Origin: Lama glama
Lineage: Eukaryota
Reading direction: 5' to 3'
NCBI GenBank assembly: GCA_028534125.1
Contig: CM052839.1
Coordinates: forward strand, 45,694,001 to 45,758,000
DNA: 64,000 nt
Part shown: in pieces, positions 12,720 to 30,085 of the stretch
Layout: the number at the start of each line of letters is the position of its first letter
How positions within the stretch are numbered: position 1 is the stretch's first letter
Made by a program: the position numbers and the translations under genes
The notes under the pieces: model-generated
Seen by the model: the letters and a program-made list of their open reading frames with translations, nothing else
Database searches by the model: none
Told to the model about the DNA's origin: nothing

Positions 12720-14120
12720 CCTGCACCCTGGTTAGCGAATGTCTCTCACAGGTGTGGGTCAGCAGCTCTAAGATCAGGTTAGGCGGACACTTAAAGGACT
12801 GACGTCGTCTAAGCAGATACCACGTGGACCACGAAAGCCAGGCTTCTCACTGCCAGAGAAAGAATTTACAAATAAGGGGAGGTGAGAGTGAATCCTCGGG
12901 AGTTGGGCTGGAATCAGAGACGTCAGTGTGAACTCACAGTTTTTTTAATGTGTATATGCAACTAGATAGGTTCAGAAACAAATACAGAGGTATACACGTG
13001 AGTTAGTACGTGTGTTTCCTAGCTCTGTCCTGAGAGGACTCAGCAGTGACAGCAGCTCAGTGGCAGTGAGCACAAGCAACGTCCAGATCTTGGTTGCTAA
13101 ATCCCAGTCTCCACGAAGTGAGCCAGAGAATAGAAGGTGGGCCTGGAGTCTCCCCTGGGGCCAGAAAGTCAGGAAGTGCTTTTAAGGACATGGCACGTCA
13201 AAAGGGCACACGAGGATCCCTAACCGTCGGAGCAGCAGAATAGCAGTCACCAGATTACGTCTCACAGAATCACAGGTCCACAAGTCCATGCCGATACAAA
13301 TGACTGAGTAAATGGTAGAGAAGGGGCTGCTCTGTCTTAGAAAATAGTTTCAATTAATGTTGAAGGAATGAGGGAAATGTAAAAACTAACCATGAAACAC
13401 CAGAGTAATAATGACTGCACTACAGGATGCTAAAATTAGCAGGCAAAACTGTGAGAAACAAGTGTTCTCTTAGTCTCAAAGTTTCTCCTCCAACAAATTG
13501 ATGGATTACCAAGGGGAGAAGTGTAACTGTGCAGTCGAGAAACCTGGCAGCTCCCACCTGAACCACACGCGCAAACTCACACCGCGGGAATCAGACAGAC
13601 TGCCGTCCGGTGCGCACGGGAACCCCCATCAGTGATATTCTTGCCGAGAATCCATAGCCCCGGTCTAATCAGACCTGAGTGAGACAATCCCCAACAGGAG
13701 CGACCTTCAGAAAGTGTCAAGGTCATAAAACACACAGAGGGCTAAAGCAATGAAAACAGCTGGACACTCTCACGGCCCAGGCCTTCCTTTTCCACGTGGA
13801 CCAGGAGAAGCGCTCCCCACACAGGCTGCTAGGACAGCCGGCCAGACTTGAGCAAGGCCTGCAGTTCGGGTAACGGTATCGCTGTCAATGTTCACGGCTG
13901 ACTGTGGAAGAGGATGCCCTTGCTTTTGGAGATACGCATGGGCACGGATGTATGGGTCAAATGGCAGCCTGCTGCAGCCTGCTCTCCATCAGTTCCGGAA
14001 AAACAGAGGGTGAAGAGGAATAGGGTCTCACCTGGGGTCTGGGTGAGGAGGGCACCGAATTCTTTGTCCAATTCTCACTTTTTTCTATAAATCTGAATAT
14101 CAAAATTATAAGACATTCAC
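12720..14120 (+). mobile_element. Degenerate L1MC/L1MD-type 3' region
   Basis: CCAGGCTTCTCACTG...GGGCTGGAATCAGAGACGTCAGTGTGAACTCA...TTTCCTAGCTCTGTCC, ending TTTCTATAAATCTGAATATCAAAAT; boundaries approximate. Confidence 0.6.
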
Positions 14121-14419
14121 AGTTAAATGGAGAAAGAGGTGGGTGTTCATATAAATTATTAGGGAAGGTGCTAGCTATGTCCATTTCAGGAATATCACAT
14201 TATTTTTTATTACTTCTATAAAATTTAAAGAGTACAAAGCAATATAAAGAGATCTTTATATTTTTCTTTGTAAAACTGGAGTCGTGGCACTCACCACATT
14301 CAAACAGATCAGTGTGTGGGAAAAGTCCTCCGAACTGCACAGGGAGCAATGTCCTACCCAGGGTAACTGTTATTCAATCCGGACATTTAAAAAAGAAAAA
14401 CAGGTTATAAAGAAAAGAA

Positions 14420-15095
14420 ATTACAAAGCAAAACCATGATGAGATGCCACTTCGCCCCCCACAGATGGCCAAAATAAAAAAGGCAAAGTGTTGTCAAGAA
14501 AGTGGGGAAACTGGAGTCTTTATCACCGCTGGGGTGAACGGAAGAGTGTGTAGCTGCCGTGGGAAGACCCCTGACTCCTCAAAAAATTTAACTCAGTTGC
14601 TCTATGACCCAGCAATCCCACTCCAAGAGAACTGAAAATGCATGTTTACATAACAAACGTGTGCATAGATGCCCACAGCAACATTACCCCAAAAGTCAAA
14701 ACCAGAAACAGCCTAGGTGTCCATCACCTGGTGAGTGGCTAAACTGTGCGTTAGACAGCCAGCCTAGAATGTGTGGTGAGAAAAAGGCCTGAGTGCTGAG
14801 CCTTGACGACATCATGCTGAGTTAAAGAGGATGGACCTGGAAGTCGCACCCCCTACAGCTCAGTTTGTCTGAAACACCCAGGACAGGCAGGTCCAGAGAT
14901 GGAAGGCGAGTGGACCAGTGGACGCCAGGGGTCGGGGGAGGAATTGAGGAGGGGCTGCTGGTGACTTTCTTTCTGGGGTGATGAGAATATTCTGGAATTT
15001 CAATGTGGGGGTAGATTTGTCACTCTGTGAATATAGTAAAATCACCATGTGCATGGGCAAGCTTTGCAGTGTGTGAATTATACGTCAGTGAAGCT
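14420..15095 (+). mobile_element. L1M (L1MB/ME-like) ORF2 end and 3' UTR fragment
   Basis: AAACCATGATGAGATGCCAC, TATGACCCAGCAATCCCACTCC, TTTCTGGGGTGATGAGAATATTCTGGAA, GTGTGAATTATACGTCAGTGAAGCT. Confidence 0.75.
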
Positions 15096-17119
15096 CCCGC
15101 TTTTTGAAACCCCTGGAGTAACAAGGGCTCTGTCTGGACAGCGCTGGGAGGGCGGTTCTGTTTATGGCAGCTTCTTTATGCTGATCGGGTGTGTTATTTT
15201 CTCAGGTGAAAAGCTAGTTTTCTTAAGAGTATTTCACACTCAACACTCACTGAAACTGAAACACTAAAGCCACTCCAAGCGGCCTTTTCGGTCACTGTTT
15301 GTGGCTGTCCCTCACTGACGTCAGTCCCCACGTGCTGGGCCCCAGGCCCTTGTCCCACACCAGGCTGCCCCTCTGGTAGACGCCCCCACAGGGCTTCCCT
15401 CGGGGCCCAGCAGAGGCCATCAGTGAGGCCCCAGGTCCTCTGCCTCGTCCACCCAGCCACGCCGGGGCTCTGGCCTGTCCCAGCGTTCTCACCTCAGGAC
15501 CTTGGTGCTTGCTCTTCTGTCGGTAGCTTTCCCCCAAAGACTTTCGTGGGTCTCTGCCTCCGCCTGGGCACCCTCTGCTCTGTTCTCCTCCACAGCCTTA
15601 GCACTTACCCTGACACCTGACGATGGTGCCTGGCACCTGCCCTTTGCTTGCTTCCTCCTGTGACCCGCTCTCCACTAACGACATCCCTCAACGTGTTCCC
15701 CCAGCCACTCCTCATGCTGCCCCATGAGCCCCCAAACCCCAGCAGCCACTCCCTCCAAAGACCCAAGCGCCCCACAGGGCTCCCCATCCCAGGGGCCGTC
15801 AGTGCCACCACTTCCAGCCCCGGGCCCAGCAGGCCCCAGTCAGATGCTCTCGTCAGCTTCCAGGTGGAACGAACAAGCAGAGCAAGGTGTCCTGCTGCCT
15901 CTCCCGACGCCCCAGAAAGCAGTGTCCCACCTGGCACCTGCCTGCCAAGCCCAAGGCCAGCTCCTCAGGGACACCGCCCAGCTCTGCCCAGGTGTGCAAC
16001 CTCAACCACACCCACTCCTCACAACCACAGCTGCTAAAGCCAAGCGCACAACGACCCCTTCCGGCTGGACCAGCTCCTCTGGCCAAGGGCAGGGATGGCC
16101 CATCTTTCCACTCGGTGCCCAGCGCGCCTCGGGCAGCTCAAGCGGCAACCGCCGGCCCTGCAGTGACAGCGCGGTAACCCCTTCCTCACATCCATCCCTT
16201 GTGAGGCACCCCAGCCCCCTCCCACACAGGGAAGACGGGAAGCCACTCGAGCTGCAGGCAGTGGCAGCTGCCTAGGGATGAGGCGAGGCCGAGAGCTCCC
16301 CGTGTGTCTTGCCTGCTGAGGGCGCCCCTTAGTACAGGCCCCGTCCCGGCCCTCCCCAGTCCCGCCCTGGAACGTGCCTGTGAGCCCGGAACAAGGATCC
16401 TCTCTCCAGCCTGGTTTCAGGCAGAACCGAGTAGCAGACAAGCGTGCCCTAGGAGGGGGCGCACAAAGGTGTCTCCGCCCCTCCTGAACCGCAGGGACCG
16501 CATGGCTGGGCACATGGTGTAGAGGCAGGTGACGTCACTGCCCTGCTCTACCGTCCCAGAAGGGGTCTGGGCAGGCACCTGTGTCTGCCAGCCCCTGAGG
16601 TTCTCTGTAAGTCAAATTAGATTCTGCCACAGCTCCCACCAGCTACGTCACCAAGCGCGGAATTAAAAAAAGGACACCCTGACACCATGCTCCTTCCCTG
16701 ATGACACAAGACACATGAGACAATTACATTGCAAAGTCACAACTGCTGAATCCAGGTTCCTGAGGACCACAAAGGAACGGCCCAAGCCAGCAGTCAGCAG
16801 TCATCTGAAGGCTGGCAGAAACACAGGGTGGCAGAAACACCTCGAAGTACAGGTGACCAGGCGGCTGCGGGCGTAAGACACTGCTCCACGTCCTCCCATG
16901 CCCACCCTACCGGGTGGGAAACAAATTAGGGTCTGCGGAACAGAGACGGAAGAGTGGCCACCACCAACCTCCCGCAGCACTAACTCCAACCCCTAGGCCG
17001 GGTGCCACACACCCGGCAGGCCTGCTGCCCACATTTCCTCCTCAGGTCTGCCGTGTCCCTCCCACCCCCTGGACTGACACCAGCGCTCCAGCCCAGACGA
17101 GGACTCCGATGGGGACGAA

Positions 17120-17308
17120 NNNNNNNNNNNNNNNNNNNNNNNNNNNNNNNNNNNNNNNNNNNNNNNNNNNNNNNNNNNNNNNNNNNNNNNNNNNNNNNNN
17201 NNNNNNNNNNNNNNNNNNNNNNNNNNNNNNNNNNNNNNNNNNNNNNNNNNNNNNNNNNNNNNNNNNNNNNNNNNNNNNNNNNNNNNNNNNNNNNNNNNNN
17301 NNNNNNNN
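17120..17308. other. N-run (189 nt) over the ALYREF 3' UTR end
   Basis: Run of N directly visible. Confidence 0.99.
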
Positions 17309-17436
17309 ATTCTATTTTAAAACATAAAAGAAACAAATCCATCATTGGCCACGCAGCCCCAGTCTGTCACCCGTCCCTCCAGGGAGCACGGACGAGACAT
17401 CTGGGTCCTGGTCCATGCACGGATCTGCTGGTCTGT

Positions 17437-21499
<4,063 letters not shown>

Positions 21500-21510
21500 G
21501 CTCCTGCGCC

Positions 21511-24500
21511 ATGAAGGTGAAGATCAAGTGCTGGAACGGCGTGGCCACTTGGCTCTGGGTGGCCAACGACGAGAACTGCGGCATCTGCCGGATGGCCTTC
21601 AACGGCTGCTGCCCGGACTGTGAGTGCCCCCTGCCCGCTCTCCTGAGCTCTGCCTACTCGCTGGCCCTGGCGTGTCTCCTAAAATACCTGCATTAACGTC
21701 CCTGGGGTTTGATTTCCTTTCGCCAAGAAAAGTTACTAGAAAAAGCCAGGCGATTTGGGCTTCTATTTGTATAGAGACCTCTTCCAAACTTTTATAACAA
21801 AAATAGAACAGGTTTCTATCCTGATTAGCGTCGCTGGAAAACAAAGCCTCTTATTTGAAAGTTCTCAAGCAGACACAATCGCAGTGGTCTGAGGTTGTCC
21901 CCCATCTAGCACATAGAAGGACACTGAGTATTATCTTGCCACGCATGTGTGTTTCCCCCAGTGTTTTACAGTGAATGCTAGGGGAGTGGATGTGGCCCAG
22001 CGGTAAAGCACGTGCTTAGCATGCAGCAGGTCCCGGGTTCATAAAAAAGAAAACAAAAAGCAAAAAACAAACAGAAAAACTAGTCATAAAGTAAATGCTA
22101 CGGTCACCCCGCTCACCTTACCTGCGTCTCTAAATGTGGTGCTGACTTTTTACCTGTCACTGTTGTCACATCAGACGACATGACAGTAATTCTTTATTGT
22201 TGCCCATCCCCTTTCCTAGTCCTTGTTCAGATTTCTTTAGTGTCCCCAAGTGTCTCTTGATCAGAAGTTGGTGTGAGCCAGAACCTGAGGTGTGATTGCT
22301 TGTCCCTTTGCTATTTAACCAAAATAGTTGTGCTTTGACTTTTCTCTCACATTTTAAAAAGACAGTCTGACTCTTTCAGAAAGTGTTGTCTTGTAGAATG
22401 CCTGCCGTGGGGTTTGGTCAGGTGTCTTCTTTGTCGTCTTTTGCGTTACTCCTTTGTCCCCAGTGCTGTAAAGTGAAAGTGCGTGGTTACATATTTAGGT
22501 CAAAAACAGAGTTTTGCATCAGTGACTTTAGTTTTTAGTCAGACCCAAGTGAACAGGACACAGAAGAAAGGATCTGAGCCTTTGCCTAGGGCACAAGGGT
22601 GGCCCCAAGAGGGAGGTGGGGCTTGGGGACCACTGAGTAGCTCTTGGCAGCCCCATTAGTGACCAGGCCTGTCTTGTGGGGCCAGGTGAGCACCAGAATA
22701 ATAATGAGAGTTTCCTTCTCACACTGAAATCCAAATCATTGAATTTCAGTGCAGACGTCATCCTAGGTGTGATCTTCACGTGCGCTTCAGCCAAGAGGAG
22801 GCGTCACCACCTAGGAGTGAACCCCTCGTGACGTAATCAGGCCAGTGCAACGTCGTTTAGGAAATCACCGACTGCTTCTGCTTGATGGGGTTTTACACGT
22901 TACAGTGAACTGGAGAGTAGGAAGTACTGGGCCTGGTCTTGTTTAATCCGTTTAAAACCGCCCTTCCTAAGGGTGCATCACAGGCAGTGGGAGCCCTGAG
23001 GGGCATGTAGTTGCAGCTTCCTCAGCAGCAGACTGGGCCTCTGAAAAGTCCTCGAAAGCAGTTTTGTGGCTGTGCCACAAAATGTGGGGAGTGGGCCTGT
23101 GTGTTGGAGGTGGCCCCGGGGGGGGGATGGGGCCCGTGGCTGAGCATCCCCGGTGTGCGGGCCTGGCTCAGGTGTGTCGGTTGCCGAGAAGAGGGCTTTG
23201 GACCTGCTAGTTGTGAGTCAGAGTGAGCCAGCTGTCGGGAGCAGAGTGTTTGGCAAGCCCAGCGTGCCTTCTGCGCAGGTGAAGTGACACTGGGTTTCTC
23301 TGCGAGTCAGCGCCAAGGTTGGCCTGTGCTATCAGACGTCCCCCACAGGCTGCCTGCACACACTGTCACTAGAGAGAAGGCGGCTCTTTCGCCCAGACGA
23401 GCCCTGTGGGAATGGACGGGACGGCCTGGCTCACAGACCCCCATCAGTGGGCTCGCCGGCCCTGCCCACCCTTTCTGTCCTCCATTTTTAAGGGACTCTC
23501 ATGTGTTAGAGGTGATTCCAAACATAGTTCTGCTGAGGTTGGAAGGGCTCTGCAGGTGGGCGGTGGGGGGCTTGTTTCAATCAGGCGTCACACTCTGTGA
23601 GCCCAGGGTCCTCTCACACCATCCCCATGGGCTGGGAAGCGGAGTGAGGTAGATAACTTTGTATATGGCAGGTGTATGATTTTCTGGTTGTTTTATCATA
23701 AAAGTTTCAGAAAGGGAGTGACATTTTTGTTACAGAAAGGATTTTTTAAGATTGAGGAACACCACCCCAGACAAGCAGACGAGCAGATGGCAGCGGCCTT
23801 TTTCCTCTGACTCTGAGGGATGTGTGTGTGCCACGGAGCAGGGGCTGCTCGGGGGGCTGCGTAGGAGGTGCATGTTTTCAGTTGTCGAAGGACCCTTGGA
23901 CCCAGCGCCCACACCAGCTACCTGGTTCAAATGCTCCCCTCAGAAGCGGCAGCTCCCGCATCAGCCGTGTGGCCCTGGCCTCCTGTCTGCCGGGCGGAGG
24001 GACACGGAGGCTGCAGACCCCCGTGAGGCGGGCCTCGAGGCTGGCTTCCCAGCTCCCAGTTGAGCGTGGAGCCAGCGCTTCGTGGGATTGTGAGAGCGTC
24101 GTCCTCTCTGTGACATGTTGCAGGATCACGCATCCCTGGGGGGGGGGGTTGGTGTCTAGAGTGAGGACCAGGAACACAGGCCTCCAGGCTGGCCCTATGG
24201 TCACAGGGGTTGGTCCCAGACTTGCACTCAACCACCTCCTGGACAAGATGTCCCCTGCTCCTCCAGGCCTGGCCTGTCCATCCTGCCCCCTGTGTTTGTG
24301 CACCAGTGACATCTGGATATGGCTCATGCTTGATGGGCCTGGAGGCCCAGGGCAGTGGTGGGGAGCACCCCTGAGAGAGCGAGCTGTAGCTCCTTGGTGC
24401 CCACAGCCCGGCTTGGGGCATGGGGAGGCTGTTGCACTCTTCTGGCACCAGCTGTTTGATAGGGCTTTCCAGAGTCTTGAAAATCGGAGGGACACTTGCT

Positions 24501-25303
24501 TCTCTGGACCATGGGCAGTGCCAGTCCCCTCCATGTAGGTAGCATTTCCAGGTGTGTGGGGTGGGGTGCCAGCAGCGGGTACCCTGGCCTTTGAGCTGGG
24601 ATCCTTTCAGGCTGGGGGCAGAGAGGGGAGGTCCTGCCGTGCTCACTCGCAGCTGCTGGCAGGCGGGGCCGTAAGCACCAGTGTTCCCAGTCGGCTTCCT
24701 GCTACTGCACTGGACCCCTGCTGCCTCAGAAAGGAGCCCTCGGGGTCCTGAGGCCTCTTAGCCTTCACCAAGAGGTGTCTCCTCTGCGGTCGCCTGGGCA
24801 CATGGACACGGTCCCCTTCCTGGCATCTCAGGTGCCAGATGGCAGGGCTGCAGTGTGCAGGTGGGCCAGGGCCCTGGGAGGCTGCTGGTGGGGCCTGTGG
24901 GCCGGGCCAGAGCTCCTCCTGCGCGGAGCCACTCGAGCTGCCCCGGCCCTGCCTGGGGAGGGGGGAGAGTGAAAGTGGGAGCAGCCGGAGGCTGTGGGGG
25001 TGGGGGCGGGGGAGAGTGGCCACATCATTGGTGTCGCTCCTGATGTCTGAGGCTCTGGCTGCCATGGGCTCACGTCCCCGTCCCCCAGGGTCAGTGGGCT
25101 GGCGCCCTGGGCCTCCCGGCTGTCACTCACTGTGTAACTCCCCCGCCCCTCCCGCAGGCAAGGTGCCTGGTGACGACTGCCCGCTGGTGTGGGGCCAGTG
25201 CTCACACTGCTTCCACATGCACTGCATCCTCAAGTGGCTCAACGCGCAGCAGGTGCAGCAGCACTGCCCCATGTGCCGCCAGGAGTGGAAGTTCAAGGAG
25301 TGA
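21511..25303 (+). CDS. ANAPC11: Anaphase-promoting complex subunit 11 (RING-H2), 84 aa, 2 coding exons
   Basis: Exons 21511-21619 and 25158-25303 (255 nt): MKVKIKCWNGVATWLWVANDENCGICRMAFNGCCPDC/KVPGDDCPLVWGQCSHCFHMHCILKWL...CPMCRQEWKFKE. Confidence 0.98.
21981..22089 (+). mobile_element. Internally deleted tRNA-Ala SINE (Vic-1-like) with target-site duplication
   Basis: tRNA head GGGGAGTGGATGTGGCCCAGCGGTAAAGCACGTGCTTAGCATGCAGCAGGTCCCGGGTTCA runs straight into an A-rich tail; flanks AGTGAATGCTA (21970-21980) and AGTAAATGCTA (22090-22100). Confidence 0.8.
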
Positions 25304-25451
25304 GGACCAGCTGCCCAGACGCCCCCCCCACCGCAGGCCCCTCTCCCTGCGACGGCCCCCTTTGGGCTGGAATGGGGTGAAACGAGGCCTGGCGTTGCCT
25401 TTGTGTTTTTTTTCATTACAACGTTGACAGTTTATCCAATAAGTAAAACTC

Positions 25452-25457
25452 ATTAAA
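25452..25457 (+). terminator. ANAPC11 polyadenylation signal ATTAAA (alternative AATAAA at 25543-25548)
   Basis: About 150 nt after the stop codon, followed by U/GU-rich sequence. Confidence 0.6.
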
Positions 25458-27607
25458 CCCCGAGTCTGGCTGGAGGCCTCTAGCTGCTTGTTTTCTTGGC
25501 GCTGATTCGGCCTCTGTGTGCGTTGATATGAAAATTCTCATGAATAAACATCTCGATGCAATGCCACTGAGGCCCTGAGTCACGGCTCCTGGAAGAGAAA
25601 GAGCCAGAGGAGCAGGGGGCAGGAGTGACTAGCTCAGGGGGCTGGAAGAGCCTGGCGGTGCCAAGGCCCTGGGGCATGTTCCTGCCAACGGGGGAGGTGG
25701 AGGAACAGTGGAGCAGAGGCCTGCAGCCCAGGCCCTGGGGACCACCCTTCAGGCTGGTCTGTAGGACCTTTGCTGGACACAGTGGGCAGCCACGGGTAGG
25801 TTTACTCCTGCCGGAAGGCTCTCAGTCCCCTGGTTGACTCTTCAGTGCTGGTGTCCTTGACATCAGGATGTGTGTCTGCAGGTGTCAAGGGCCTCCCTAC
25901 TGAGAGAAAGACAGCTCTTGGGAGGTCTTTGGGCATCTCTGTTCTGCCACAGCTCCATGGGGTGGTGGCCCTTCGGGGGCAACAGTTCCAACCCCGGCAG
26001 TCTCAAGCAGCTTCTGGATGGAGACTGCTGCAGGCTGCGTGTCCCATGAGCTGCAGGGAGTCTCTGGGCACTGGCTCCTTCCAGTCTCTTCTGGATAACC
26101 TCCTCCCTTGGGGTCACCCTAACCCTAACCCCTTCTGTCCAGTCACCTCCACCTGTCTGCAGTCCACAGAGGAGAAGACCGGGCGGTGCGTGGTCCCCCG
26201 TGTGCCAGCATACTTCCCATCAGGCATTGTGCCCAGGGAAAAGGAGGCCTTGGGACCATCACCTTCACAGAACCTGGAGGTCATGTGCCCCCTACCCAGA
26301 AACCCAGCTACCAGGGTCCCTGTGCTGGTGTCTGTCCTGGGAAAGGGAGGTGACCAGGACGTTTGGAGAGCTCACTGAGGAAAGCCTGTGGCTGACATCA
26401 CCTGCCGGGTGCCCTCCCTCTCAGGCCTGGGCTCAGCCTCCTGGGTGCCCCCCATTGGCTGCTAGGTTCTAGGCAGCAGCTCCGTATTCTAGGGCCCTCT
26501 GTGTACAGTGTCCAGATCCAGGGTTAGCAAGGAGCCCTGTAGGCCAGCCCAGCAGGGAAGACCAGTCCTCACTGGAAGGTGGGCTGTGGTGGCTGCAGCG
26601 TCCCATTGGTGGCCCCCCAGCCCACCACCCCTCCCTGGAGTTCTGCCTTCCCTGGGAAATTTCCTCTTGTGTCAGGAAGTAGCAATGTGCCTGGGGCACC
26701 AACCCCTGAGCCCCGCCTCTGGGCTTTTAGCACGCGTGTGGGGACATGCACTTCCCTGCAGGGAGGCCACAGCTTGCGGCAGGCCCCACTTCCCTGTGGG
26801 GCTCTGGGGTGCTCCTCTCCACACTTTGCTGGGATCCAGCCTGGTCCTCCCAGGGCCTGATTGGTCCTCTTGAGCTGGACGGGCATCTGCCCTGCCGGGC
26901 CCTGCACACATCTGGAGTCCAGCCCTCTGCAAGGTCCTCTCAGGGTCCCTTGAGCTCAGCTCTCCCTCCCACAAGGAGACACAGGGTCACAGCACCCACC
27001 TTTGCAAACATTCTCAACTCCCCTAACGCCCCCTCAGCCCGGCGAGCTATCCTGGCTGTCCTGCCACCGGCTCTAAGGACCAGACCAGTGGTAGAACCTC
27101 CGACAGGTGTGAAGTTGGCCACTGCCCCCAGGACTTCCCTGCCTTCTCTAGAAACTCTAGTCTCCTGTGGTCAGTTCCCCTTTAGGGTGCGATCTGCTCC
27201 TTTGTCCCCTGTCCCTTGGGCACAGTGCGGTCAGTGGTTCTCCAGCCTCATGAGAGCTGGGGACCCCTCGGGGTGACTCAGGGCTGGGGCACTGATTGTG
27301 GGGTTTCACCTCAGCACTGCTGCCCCTGCTCCCACTTAGGCTTGACTCAGGTTGGACTAAGGTCAGTAGGGGGAGCCTGGGGCCCCTCCCAGCAAGAGCA
27401 GGCAGGGTCCAAAAGGGGAGATGATGGGCGGGCTGGAGAGGATGGGGGCATCCCACCCCCACCGAGCCCTGGGCCCGTCTGCTGCGCCTCCAGGGCACTA
27501 GCCCTGTGCGGCTTTTCCCTGGCTTCTCCCTCTGGGATGGGGATGGGGAGGCGTGGTGGCCCCAGCGCCCGCCTCCACGCCCCGCCCCGCCCCGCCCCTG
27601 CTGCAGA

Positions 27608-27612
27608 TATAA
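27608..27612 (+). promoter_or_regulatory. NPB TATA box with upstream GC boxes
   Basis: GATATAAGG 56 nt before the ATG, preceded by CCCCGCCC repeats. Confidence 0.7.
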
Positions 27613-27663
27613 GGAGCCCGTGCTGCTGTTGCGCGCCCCGCTGCTCGCCGCCACCGAGTCCCC

Positions 27664-28122
27664 ATGGCCCGGCCTATGACGCTGGTGGTCGCTGCCCTGG
27701 CGCTGTGCCTAATGCTGACGCCTGCGGGCCTTGCGTGGTACAAACAGGCAGCGGGGCTGGGCTACTATTCGGTGGGCCGTGCCGCTGGGCTGCTGTCCGG
27801 CCTCCGCAGGTCACCGTACGCACGGCGCTCCGAGCCCCCCCTGGGCACGAAACCCCCAGGCCAAGCCTTCACCTTCCGGGAGCTGCGCCCCAGGCTGCGG
27901 GGCCTCGTGAGTGCGGGGCACTGGAGGGTGCGGGGTGTGGGGGTGCAGGGCGCTGGAGTGCTGGGCGCCCCCTCATCCCCCTCCTGCCCCTAGACCGTGT
28001 GCGTCGAGGACGTCACCCCGAACCTGCAGAGCTGCGAACGGCTGCCCGACGGCCGTGCCACCTTCCAGTGCGAGGCAGACGTCTTCTTGTCACTCCGCGC
28101 AGCCGACTGTCACAGTGCCTGA
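27664..28122 (+). CDS. NPB: Neuropeptide B preproprotein, 123 aa, 2 exons
   Basis: Exons 27664-27906 and 27994-28122; 24-aa signal peptide, then [31 protein letters not shown] and a Cys-containing C-peptide; AGTAAA at 28221-28226. Confidence 0.96.
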
Positions 28123-30079
28123 GCCCTAACCTGGAAACCTGGATCTGGCCTGGCTCCCGCGGGCACCCCGGCCCCTGCCCCAGCAGGAGATGGTACCCAG
28201 TACCACCCACCTGTCCCCGCAGTAAACAGCTTAATGAGTAGTGACGTGCAGCCTCTGAGAGGGGTGGGTGCCACAGGGAATGTGGGAGTGGACACATACC
28301 CGAGTCTCCAGACCCCATTCTGCCCACCTGGGAGCACAGACAGGCCCCTCAGGCCCGAGATGCTCCCCAAACCCTGCTGCTGGGAACCCCACTGTGACTG
28401 CTCTCCCGGTCTTGTCCCGCAGCTCCTGGGTCCTCCTGGGACACGTGCCTGTGTCCCTCAGGAGCTGTCAAATCTACTCAGCCAGCCCAAATGTCCTGCT
28501 TCATAGGAGCCTCCCCAGAACACCCCACACCAGGAGGCCCTCCTGCCCCCAACCCTGGGTCTCTTGAGGCCAAAGACCTCCCTTACTAGAGGGGCAGCTC
28601 CTGGGCCGCTCCTTTCCAGAGCCTTCCCAAACGCCGCAGCACAGCACCTGGCACCAGACAGTGAGACCCTGTGCCAAACGAATGGCCAGGCTGGGTGCAG
28701 CAGGAGGGACTGACAACTGTGCAGACAGCCCCGGCTTGCAGTCCAGAATCCGGTGTCAGGCAGACAGCACAGCCCCCAGCCTGGGAGCTCCTCCTTCACC
28801 CCTCCTCTGACCACAGGGAAGCCAGTGTCCCCAAAGCCATGGGTGCTGCCCTGCCTAGAGGGCCCGTGCAGGGACATGGGTCCCCTGAGCGCAAAAGCCG
28901 TGTCCTGGGAGTGGCCTCCCCCGCCCCACACTCAGGCTAATTACCTCCTTTTCTCATCAAAGTTTTAGCAGGCTTTTGAATTCCCTTCAGAGCATGAACT
29001 GGGACCTGTGGGACTGCTGGGTCCCAGCGGGAACAAACATGAAGTGGGGACCCGAGCGCTGGTCCCTTGCCTGAGTGCTGTGGGTGGGACCCAAAAGCCT
29101 GCTGCGCACGGGTGGTCGAGTATTCAGGGCGCCAACCTCCTGAACCCCCGGGCCTGGAGTCTCCTTCACCCATGGCCGAGCGGGGGCTTCCTGTCTGCTG
29201 CTGCAGGCAGTCCTCCAGGCCCGTCTTGGGGTGCCACGCAGTCTCGAGAGGAACCCACCGGCCACGCCTGTGTCCTTCCCGTACTAGGTCTACAGCTGGC
29301 AGGCTGATCCCTGCAGCCCAGGGTTCTGTGCATGGGAAGATCTGGCACCACCGGACTCCTAAAGCTGGGGGCCAGGTGGGGTGGGAATGAAGGGAAGGCC
29401 CGCCCCTGACCTGGGAGGAAAGGAAAGCAGGGTGGTCCCTGCCCAGCCCGTGTGTCTGAACCTTCACGCACAGCCACCTCACTTCAGTGTCCTGCAAGGG
29501 GTTCTCTATCAGACTTTGGAAACTAAAAAGACAAGACAGGGTCAGTCACCTTCTGGAAAGAGTGAATGTTGGCCCAGGGTTCCCATGGCGCCAGGCCACA
29601 GGCCACTCCGGCCCCACTGGGCCCAGTTGCTGAAGGGCAGAAGCCACTCTGGACGGAACGGGGAGTAGGCTGACAGAGCACCACAACCCTTACTTTTAAA
29701 CACCAGGAGATCAGACACACCACTGCCACCCTCCCCAGCACCCTGCCAAGAGGGGGCCAAAGCCCCTGACTTGGGTGCAGGAGACCCTGAGATGCTATGG
29801 GCCCAGCTCAGGTGGCCTGCACACTGCAGGCGCCAGCCCTTCGCTTCTCCGTGGCAGACCCATGGCCGGGCGATTCTGCCCACTCTCACCTCCTTTCCTC
29901 TCCCGTAGCCTGCCATGTGGGAGGCAGCCCGAGGTGTCTGGGGCTGCAGATCTGGGGGTTCCTTGATGCCTCCTGCCCCCACCCTGCTGCATGGGCCCCG
30001 GGGAGCAGGGCCAAGGTGCTGGGTTCCCTGGTCCCGCCCAGCAGGGCTGAGAGCCGGACGCGGAGCACCTCACAGCAGG

Positions 30080-30085
30080 TTTATT
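30080..30085 (-). terminator. PCYT2 polyadenylation signal AATAAA
   Basis: tttatt on + strand ~620 nt past the stop codon. Confidence 0.7.

Noticed and set aside
26117-26131. Interstitial telomeric repeat CCCTAACCCTAACCC
   Set aside because: Only ~2.5 units; expected by chance.
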